A DNA stretch of 64,000 bases from Cyanobacteria bacterium HKST-UBA04 (lineage in GTDB: Bacteria > Cyanobacteriota > Vampirovibrionia > Vampirovibrionales > JAGQHJ01): contig JAGQHJ010000001.1 of the NCBI GenBank assembly GCA_020431915.1, positions 23,044-87,043 of the forward strand, in the 5' to 3' direction. The notes beneath the pieces are model-generated. The model ran no database searches. It was not told where the DNA came from and saw only the letters and a list, made by a program, of their open reading frames with translations. The position numbers and the translations under genes were made by a program. Shown here in pieces: positions 57,034 to 64,000 of this stretch (its first letter is position 1; the number at the start of each line of letters is the position of its first letter).

Positions 57034-58335
57034 CTAGGGGTCGTTTGCCTGCTTGTCGAGGTAGGCTTGGATTTCATCTGCCAACTGCGGCAGGGGGGGT
57101 ATCTCCCCTATACTACCAAAAAACGCCGAACCCGCCCAGTAATTGACTAAAGACGGATACATTTGGTCCATCAAGCCCTTAAATTCGGGATCCATCGGAT
57201 CGGGAGCCTGGCCAAGCGTATTGCTGCAATAGCGCTTCCATTGTTGCGGAGAGGCCGATTTGGCCTCTTTGACGGCAGCCAGCCATGGCGAAGACCCGTA
57301 GTATTGGCGAATAATTTCCTTGGACATGTGCACGCCATTGTAAAGCAGGCGCAGCTCATCGGGGCCAATACTGTCTACCAGCACGGGCTCGTTGCGCTCG
57401 GTATGCCAGGCAAACTCCACCTTGCCATCCCATAGCGCCAGGGCGCGCTGGCCAAAAGAGGCATACAGAAACAGGGCCACAAGCAGGGCCGTCCGTTCCA
57501 AAGTACCGAAAGCCGCCAGGGACAAACCGCTGATGTGGGCAGCCTCCTTGGTCGACAGCCACCGGTCGGACGGTTCGAGCTTGCTGAAATATTCGACAAC
57601 AGGCCGCTCAAACCACTGGTTGGCCATCGGTTCCCGGCTCAAGCCCAGGGTCTTGTAGTAGTCGGGCTGCTGGATCAACCGGCTAGCCAGCGAACTGCCC
57701 ACAGGCATGCCAAAGCGGAACACGACTTCGAGGGGAATAAACAACAGCTGCCGACGCTGGGTTTGCAGGGCCACGGCCATGCGCTGGGTATGACCCGTAT
57801 AGTCGTATTGCCCGTCAACCGTAACCGTCGGCGGGGTCACCTCGGCACGGGTAACTTTCATCAGGGGCTTGATGCCGGCATGGGTGGCCACGTCCAGTGT
57901 CAAATCGCCGCCGTCGGGCCCCACCCAACCCCGGCCATGGTGGGCCAGACCCTGTTGGCAAAGCTGCCTGAACAACGCCGTATTCCACAAGGCATCGAGC
58001 CACAACGGATCGAAGGGACTGTTTTTAAGACGATCCGGCAACTGGCGCCACTGGGCAGCATTGCCCAACTGCTCGAAGAACAGCCCGCCCATAATCGACA
58101 GGCTGTGCCCCTTGTTGGCCAGCTCATCAGGCATGTGGCCCCAATCGAAGACACTGTACTGGTCGGAAAACTCAAAAACCAGGGCATCGGGATCATGGGC
58201 CAGGGTGTAAATCCGCTTGACCGACCCCTCGTACACCAAGGCGCCCAGCGAGGGCTTGGGCCGGATGGCCGGAAACGGGCTTGGGCTGGGGTTTAAAAAC
58301 GGTGAGGGTTGGTCCGGGTGCCGGGTGGACGTCAT
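57034..58335 (-). CDS. purC: SAICAR synthase, long variant
   Basis: YEGSVK, FSDQYSVFDWGHMPD, IPLEVVFR, DGKVEF, VDSIGPDELR, SKEIIRQYY, plus operon position. Confidence 0.88.
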   Translation of the reverse strand: MTSTRHPDQPSPFLNPSPSPFPAIRPKPSLGALVYEGSVKRIYTLAHDPDALVFEFSDQYSVFDWGHMPDELANKGHSLSIMGGLFFEQLGNAAQWRQLPDRLKNSPFDPLWLDALWNTALFRQLCQQGLAHHGRGWVGPDGGDLTLDVATHAGIKPLMKVTRAEVTPPTVTVDGQYDYTGHTQRMAVALQTQRRQLLFIPLEVVFRFGMPVGSSLASRLIQQPDYYKTLGLSREPMANQWFERPVVEYFSKLEPSDRWLSTKEAAHISGLSLAAFGTLERTALLVALFLYASFGQRALALWDGKVEFAWHTERNEPVLVDSIGPDELRLLYNGVHMSKEIIRQYYGSSPWLAAVKEAKSASPQQWKRYCSNTLGQAPDPMDPEFKGLMDQMYPSLVNYWAGSAFFGSIGEIPPLPQLADEIQAYLDKQANDP

Positions 58336-58355
58336 CTCCGCACGGGCTCCTTCGC

Positions 58356-59876
58356 TCAGGTGGCCACCCCGGTCAGGTGGGTACTTAAATCGTCGTTACG
58401 CTGCTTGCTGCGGTAGGCCGACATCAACTGGCCATCGGAAATATCGGTGGGGTAGTTTCCATCCAGGCAAGCCGTGCAAAGCGGCTTGTTGCCCAAAGCT
58501 TCCCGAAGGCCCTCCATGCTCTGGTAAATCACCTGATCCACCCCCAGCGCCTCGGTAATTTCGGCCAGGTCGCGATGACCCGCCACCAGCTCGTCCTTGA
58601 GCGGGAAATCGATACCGTAGTAGCACGGGAACCTGATGGGGGGACAAGTCGACGCCAGATACAAAGCCTTGGCGCCACAGGCACGGATCATATCGGCAAT
58701 GCGGTGGGCCGTATTGCCGCGCACAATGCTGTCGTCAACCAGCAGGACCCGCTTGCCCTTGATGGCATCGGCCACGGGATACAGCTTTCGGCCAATGGCT
58801 TTGAGCCGGGCCGCCTGGTTTTCCAGAATAAACGTCCGGTTGACGTAGCGGTTCTTAATTAGCACCTCGCGGTAGGGAATCCCCAGGGATTCGGCCATGG
58901 CAATGGCGGCAATGCGACTGGTCTCGGGAATGGGCACGATGACGTCGGGCGGCTCGTCCATGGCGGCCTTGACCGTTTTACCCAGGGCCACGCCGAGGTT
59001 AAAACGGGCTTGGTACACCGATAAATCCTCAAGCTGCGACTCGACCCGCGCAAAATACACCCACTCAAACATGCAATGCTGCGGGTGGGCTTCAGCAAAA
59101 CGGCGGCGAGCCTGCTGCCCGTCGTTGGTAACCACCACCAGCTCGCCGGGAGCCACCGAGTCGCACACGTCAAAGTTCAGGTAGGTTAGGGCCGTGCTTT
59201 CACTGGCAAAGGCCGTGGCCATTTCACCGGTAGTCTCGTCCTTGCGCACACCCAACTTAAGGGGGCGCAGACCCCATGGGTCACGGAAGGCAAACAACCC
59301 CAGGCCCTTAATAAACCCCACCACCGAGTAGCTACCGGCCACCGTCTGGGACAATTCCGTCAAGGCGGCCTGCAACCCATCAACCGTTACCTGCCCGGCC
59401 TGCTTGAAATACCGGGCCAGATACCACCGAAAAAACTCGGAGTCGCAACTGGTCTCAAGCGAGCTAACGCCATTGCTTCCCTGTTCGTCGGTCTGCTCAT
59501 TGGTCCGCTCATTGGCCTGCTCATCAACCTGCTCATCAACCTGCCGGGCCAGGGAGTGGTAGTTAACCAGGTTGCCGTTGTGTGCCAACGCCATTTGCAG
59601 ACCTTCGTCGGCAAAGGGCTGCAGATGATCCAGGCTCTGGCCCCCCGACGTGCCGTACCGGGTATGGCCGACGCCGAGGTTACCCGTCAATTCCAGAAAC
59701 TGGGCCTCGGGAAAGGCAATGTCGAGCAGGCCCAGTCCATAGTGCTTGTGCAAGCCCGTCTCATCGGCAATAACAATCCCTGCGCCGTCTTCACCACGAT
59801 GCTGCAGGTTTTGCAGGGCCAGAAAAATTTCGCTGGCTGCCTGGTTGGTACCAATGACACCGAAGATACCGCACAT
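58356..59876 (-). CDS. purF: Amidophosphoribosyltransferase
   Basis: N-terminal MCGIFG, LQHRG, GHTRYGT, AHNGNL, CMFEWVYFAR, VDDSIVRGNT, CYYGID, CTACLDG. Confidence 0.97.
   Translation of the reverse strand: MCGIFGVIGTNQAASEIFLALQNLQHRGEDGAGIVIADETGLHKHYGLGLLDIAFPEAQFLELTGNLGVGHTRYGTSGGQSLDHLQPFADEGLQMALAHNGNLVNYHSLARQVDEQVDEQANERTNEQTDEQGSNGVSSLETSCDSEFFRWYLARYFKQAGQVTVDGLQAALTELSQTVAGSYSVVGFIKGLGLFAFRDPWGLRPLKLGVRKDETTGEMATAFASESTALTYLNFDVCDSVAPGELVVVTNDGQQARRRFAEAHPQHCMFEWVYFARVESQLEDLSVYQARFNLGVALGKTVKAAMDEPPDVIVPIPETSRIAAIAMAESLGIPYREVLIKNRYVNRTFILENQAARLKAIGRKLYPVADAIKGKRVLLVDDSIVRGNTAHRIADMIRACGAKALYLASTCPPIRFPCYYGIDFPLKDELVAGHRDLAEITEALGVDQVIYQSMEGLREALGNKPLCTACLDGNYPTDISDGQLMSAYRSKQRNDDLSTHLTGVAT
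59480..59545. repeat. Degenerate 12-bp tandem repeat (about 5.5 copies) inside purF
   Basis: CCTGTTCGTCGG, TCTGCTCATTGG, TCCGCTCATTGG, CCTGCTCATCAA, CCTGCTCATCAA, CCTGCC; encodes QVDEQVDEQANERTNEQTDEQG. Confidence 0.88.
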
Positions 59877-60058
59877 AGGCCTGGGGCTGGTCTCCTTTTG
59901 GGCTGGGCTCAAGAGGCCTTCAGTGTAGTACAGACCGACAGCGATTGCACCTGTTGCCCTGAAACAAGATTTAGACGACACCCCGCCCAAATACTGATTT
60001 ACGCGGGGTTTTTGGGTATAATCAGGGCTTCCGTAGCAGCACACCCCACAAGGACGCG

Positions 60059-61999
60059 ATGATGGCCCAACGCAGCACCACCCTGAACAAACCCGTTGCC
60101 CCCACCCAGCAGCTTGCCCAATTGCGGGCCAACGGCGTGGCCATCCTGGACTTCGGCGCCCAGTACACCAAGGTTATCGACCGCCGGGTACGGGCCCTAA
60201 ACATCTATTGCGAAATCCTGCCGCTGTCGACCCCCGTCAGCGAGCTGGATCAGTTCGGCGCGCTCGTTTTGTCCGGCGGTCCGCACAGTGTTTTTGAGGC
60301 CGACGCCCCCCACTTCGACCCGGAGGTACTGACGCTGAACAAGCCCCTGCTTGGTATCTGCTACGGCATGCAATGGCTGGTGCACCACAGTGGCGGCAAG
60401 GTTGAAGCGGCCCAGAGCAAGGAATACGGACAAACCACCATCACGGTTGACCCCGCTACCCCACTTTTTGACGGGCTTTCGGCCCAGCAGGCGGTGCTGA
60501 TGAGCCACGGCGATCATGTTCTGGAGTTGCCCGACGGGTTCGAGCAAATCGGCCAGTCGCCCAGTGCCGTGGCCGCCGTTCGACACGCAGCCAAACGACA
60601 TTACGGGGTGCAGTTCCACCCCGAAGTGGACTTGACCGAGCATGGGCAGACGATGATCAACAACTTCCTGACGAAAGTGGCCGGGCTTAAGCCCGACTTT
60701 ACCCTGCCCCACCGGCTGGACGACATTGTGGGTGATATCCGCCGACAGGTAGGCCACCAGAACGTTATTGTGCTAGTCAGTGGCGGGGTGGATTCGGCCG
60801 TGACGGCAGCCCTGCTGCTCAAGGCCCTGGATCCCAAACAGGTGTATGCCGTGCATATGAACACCGGTTTTATGCGCCACGAGGAAAGCGAGTCGGTTTG
60901 TACCGCCCTGCGAAACCTGGGGCTCACCCACCTGCTTGAACTGGATTGCGCCGACGACTTTTTTAACGCCACGACCACCATCGACGAAAAACCCGTGGGA
61001 CCGCTAAGCCAAACCCTTGACCCAGAAGAAAAACGCCGGCTGATGGGCGACATGTTTTTCAGCCTGACCCAAAGCACCATGAACACGCTGAACCTGGACA
61101 TGGACCATACCTTTATTGCCCAGGGCACCCTCCGCCCCGATCTGATTGAAAGCGGCAGCGTGGAGGTCAGCGCCGTGGCCCACAAAATAAAGACCCACCA
61201 CAACGACGTCCCCATTATCCAGGCGCAACGCGAAAAGGGCTTGATAGTGGAACCCAACCGCGACCTGCACAAGGACGAGGTGCGGCAAATCGGATCGCTG
61301 TTGGGCCTGCCCGACGAACTGGTACACCGCCAACCCTTCCCCGGCCCCGGCCTGGCCATTCGAACCATCTGCACCGATGCTCCCTACGGCCTCGACCAAG
61401 CCAAGGCCCTGATGCAAACCATCACCCCCCTCTGCAGTGGCTTATCCGTTTCGCCCAGCCTGCTACCCATTCGCAGCGTGGGGGTACAGGGCGACTTCAG
61501 AAGTTACCGGCAACCCCTGGCATTGTGCGGCCCGTTCAAAACCATCGGTTGGGAAGCCCTTTCATCGCTGGCACAACGCCTAACCAACGACTGCCATGGG
61601 CTGAACCGCGTAACGCTGGTGCTAAACCCCGACGCCGTTTTACCGCCCATTATCGAAACCATTACCCCCACCACACTGACTCCGGCAACCGTCGCGTTGC
61701 TGCGGGCCATCGATCACCATGTCACCACCACCCTGCAACAGGCTGGCCGCCTCGACGGTATCAGCCAGTTGCTGTCGGTGCTGCTGCCCATCGACACCAT
61801 GCAACAGGGCCGACATAGCGTGGTGATTCGCGGCGTGGTGACCAATGACTACATGACAGCCCGCCCGGTCCGACCCGGTGATGAGCTGCCCTGGCCACTG
61901 CTGCAGGATCTCGATGCCCAGCTGCGGGCCCGGTTCGATCTCGACCTGGTGCTGCTCGACATTACCGCCAAGCCTCCGGCCACGGTGGAATGGGAATAG
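60059..61999 (+). CDS. guaA: GMP synthase (glutamine-hydrolysing), long eukaryote-type form
   Basis: LDFGAQY, GICYGMQ, QFHPEV, SGGVDSAV, QGTLRPDLIES, KTHHND, PFPGPGLAIR and C-terminal KPPATVEWE. Confidence 0.96.
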   Translation: MMAQRSTTLNKPVAPTQQLAQLRANGVAILDFGAQYTKVIDRRVRALNIYCEILPLSTPVSELDQFGALVLSGGPHSVFEADAPHFDPEVLTLNKPLLGICYGMQWLVHHSGGKVEAAQSKEYGQTTITVDPATPLFDGLSAQQAVLMSHGDHVLELPDGFEQIGQSPSAVAAVRHAAKRHYGVQFHPEVDLTEHGQTMINNFLTKVAGLKPDFTLPHRLDDIVGDIRRQVGHQNVIVLVSGGVDSAVTAALLLKALDPKQVYAVHMNTGFMRHEESESVCTALRNLGLTHLLELDCADDFFNATTTIDEKPVGPLSQTLDPEEKRRLMGDMFFSLTQSTMNTLNLDMDHTFIAQGTLRPDLIESGSVEVSAVAHKIKTHHNDVPIIQAQREKGLIVEPNRDLHKDEVRQIGSLLGLPDELVHRQPFPGPGLAIRTICTDAPYGLDQAKALMQTITPLCSGLSVSPSLLPIRSVGVQGDFRSYRQPLALCGPFKTIGWEALSSLAQRLTNDCHGLNRVTLVLNPDAVLPPIIETITPTTLTPATVALLRAIDHHVTTTLQQAGRLDGISQLLSVLLPIDTMQQGRHSVVIRGVVTNDYMTARPVRPGDELPWPLLQDLDAQLRARFDLDLVLLDITAKPPATVEWE

Positions 62000-62039
62000 G
62001 TATCCCCCGCTGCCCGTGTACGTCTCTTATACGAGACTA

Positions 62040-62744
62040 CTATTTTAGGGCCTGAATGGCAGCTACTTCCTCACGCCCAAGCCACTGTGGCTTGAGGTCT
62101 TCCATGTCGAAGCCATGTTGCTGCTCGAGCAACCGCGCCTTGTAGACCATTTCGGCAATGGTCTCAAGCAGCTCCAGCCGGTAAAAGGCCTCGCGAAGAT
62201 CCTCGCCCAGCACCAGCACCCCATGGTTGGCCAGCAGCAGGCAGTTTGCATCGGTGGCGGCATGGGCCACCTCGTTGGCCAGGGCGTGCGAGCCCGGCAT
62301 GGTGTAGGGCACCAGCGGTACCGTACCCAGATGGTAAGCCGACTCGGCAATGATATGACGGTTGATTGGCTGGTGGCAGGCCGCCAGCAACGTGGCATGC
62401 ACACTGTGGGCATGGATGACGGCATGGCAATCGGGCCGGGCATGGTACAGGGCCTGGTGAATAACCCACTCGCTGCTGGGCTTGAAAGGCAGCCGGGTTT
62501 GCCATCCGTCAATCGTCTGGCCTTGGGCATCGACGTGACACACGTTGTTTTCAGCCACCTCGTCCAACGCCAGGCCGGACGGGGTAATCAGCATCCCCTC
62601 GGCGGTACGTACACTAATGTTGCCCGACGTGCCCCGGCTCAAGCCGCTGCGGTACACCCGCGCCGACACCCGGCACAACTCGGCCAGCAGACCACGGTAA
62701 GGCAGGGTGGGCTGGACGGCGACAAGGATATCAGGCAGGGTCAT
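62040..62744 (-). CDS. Class II aldolase/adducin family protein
   Basis: SGNISVR, ITPSG, PSSEWVIH, VIHAHS, LLANHGVLVLG. Substrate not determinable from sequence. Confidence 0.9.
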   Translation of the reverse strand: MTLPDILVAVQPTLPYRGLLAELCRVSARVYRSGLSRGTSGNISVRTAEGMLITPSGLALDEVAENNVCHVDAQGQTIDGWQTRLPFKPSSEWVIHQALYHARPDCHAVIHAHSVHATLLAACHQPINRHIIAESAYHLGTVPLVPYTMPGSHALANEVAHAATDANCLLLANHGVLVLGEDLREAFYRLELLETIAEMVYKARLLEQQHGFDMEDLKPQWLGREEVAAIQALK

Positions 62745-62873
62745 AACGGCGGCGCTCGATAACAATTAAACTGGGGCCATTCTACCAGAGTCCCGGCTAA
62801 AACCGTACCCACCCGCCACCAGGGTTGCCTCATGCGCGCCGGCAGGTATCGTGGCACGCCCACAGATCAAGGC

Positions 62874-62903
62874 AAAAAAAAGCCGATGGGGTTTCCCATC
62901 GGC
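62874..62903 (-). terminator. Intrinsic terminator
   Basis: Perfect 9-bp stem GCCGATGGG/CCCATCGGC followed on the minus strand by T8. Confidence 0.85.
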
Positions 62904-63000
62904 GATAGCATTGTGTGTGTGTCGTGTGCTAAGTCTGTCTGTTTATCATGCCTGTGTCTTAACCAAATGCTGTGTTTATGCGGGTGTTGGCCCTGGGCCC

Positions 63001-63987
63001 CTACGTCATCCGCTCGCCTGCAAACTGCGGCAGGGAGAGCAGGTAGTTGTAATCCTCAACCATGGACAGCACGTCCGGATCGGCATCCACCATATGATCA
63101 TCGTGGTTGCTGTTGGCCATTAACTGGTTGGCCCGGGTGTTGCCCAGGTTGCGCAGCCCGTCACCCAACCGGTCGCCACTGCGGGCCAGCATGGGCACCT
63201 TGGCTTTCGGTTCGATGAGGGATTTAAGCGATTCTTTTTCGTCCTCGGTAAAGAAGGAGCTGTCGGCCTTGGGCCCCAGCGAGTAGGGTAGCTCGGACTT
63301 CTTGCCGAATTTCGGTATCAGCGAGGTTACCGTGTCCTTAAGCTCTTGCCACAGCGTCGGCTCTTCCTCGCCCTCGGGGGCGGGGTTCCAAAGGCGGGCA
63401 TACTGGTGATCGTAAAACTTGACCATCCGCTGCTTCTGCAGCTGCTGGTAGCCGTGTTGTGCAAATTGGCCGCGAACCGATCGATCGTTGACCGGGCCAT
63501 AGGCGGTACGTTCCTCGCTGGGTTGGGCCTGCTGCGTGGCGGGACCAACCGGCACCAAGCCCGCCGTCCCTGCATCAACCGGCCCCAGATCACCAACCGG
63601 TGCCTGGGTCGAAACCATGGCAACGTCACTGCCGGAATACTGTCCACCCTGGCCGTAACCGCCACCTGAGCGGCCACCGCTTTCCCGATCACCAATACCC
63701 CCGACCCGTTGATACCCGGCACCGGTAATGTCACCCAGTTGGGCCCGCGCCCCTTGGGCACCCTCACGGCTGACGGTTTCCTTGTCGTTACGTTCCTGGC
63801 GAAGCGGGGTGGGTAAAGCCGATTGCAAAGGAGCTGGCATACTGGCACCAATGGCACCCGTTGTATGCAGCGCTGTCAAACGTTGACCTTCAGTAGCTTG
63901 TAGCTGGGTCATAGCTTCCTGTTGTAGGGCGGCGGTATATAACGCGTCGGCGTGAACCGGCCCCGAACCTCCAAATTGTGTTGACAT
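63001..63987 (-). CDS. Hypothetical protein with Gly-rich middle region
   Basis: 328-aa ORF followed by a clear terminator. No family recognised. Confidence 0.7.
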   Translation of the reverse strand: MSTQFGGSGPVHADALYTAALQQEAMTQLQATEGQRLTALHTTGAIGASMPAPLQSALPTPLRQERNDKETVSREGAQGARAQLGDITGAGYQRVGGIGDRESGGRSGGGYGQGGQYSGSDVAMVSTQAPVGDLGPVDAGTAGLVPVGPATQQAQPSEERTAYGPVNDRSVRGQFAQHGYQQLQKQRMVKFYDHQYARLWNPAPEGEEEPTLWQELKDTVTSLIPKFGKKSELPYSLGPKADSSFFTEDEKESLKSLIEPKAKVPMLARSGDRLGDGLRNLGNTRANQLMANSNHDDHMVDADPDVLSMVEDYNYLLSLPQFAGERMT

Positions 63988-64000
63988 TGCGCTTACTTAG

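Noticed and set aside
59877-60044. N-terminal extension of purF in the track, or a purine riboswitch there
   Set aside because: PurF needs Cys at position 2 (MCGIFG at 59876), and no guanine, ZTP or PRPP riboswitch consensus is visible.
1-64000. tRNA, rRNA, transposase, integrase or phage genes
   Set aside because: None recognised by eye; a tRNAscan/Rfam run would be needed to exclude divergent RNAs.

Overview
Gene-dense bacterial chromosome segment, mostly housekeeping. Lineage is inferred to be a non-photosynthetic Cyanobacteriota relative (Vampirovibrionia/Melainabacteria-like), from the rpmG-rpsR pairing, a cyanobacterial-type DprA-like Rossmann protein, no photosynthesis genes in the window, and many orphan proteins with Pro/Ser/Ala-rich leaders ending in a Phe-Gly-like motif. 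Contents in order: tgt; a leucine-catabolism (liu-like) operon with a split methylcrotonyl-CoA carboxylase alpha subunit and its own biotin ligase; hppA; pcrA/uvrD; ilvC; lysS; a TolC/HlyD/ABC-2 efflux operon; priA; pyk; rpmG-rpsR; rpmB; a PPIase-rfaE2-rqcH-dinG run; rplI plus a radical SAM gene; a purF-C-D-N-L-Q-M-H operon divergent from a long, eukaryote-type guaA; and a class II aldolase. About ten orphan genes are interspersed. The most striking are three divergent CheR-like methyltransferase paralogs that lack any chemotaxis context and share an N-terminal leader plus R-F-(S/A)-(G/N) motif, and several low-complexity or Ca-binding export candidates, two or three of which share an AT-rich upstream motif. 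I found no tRNA, rRNA, CRISPR array or transposase. All family calls are by motif recognition only; no searches were run.
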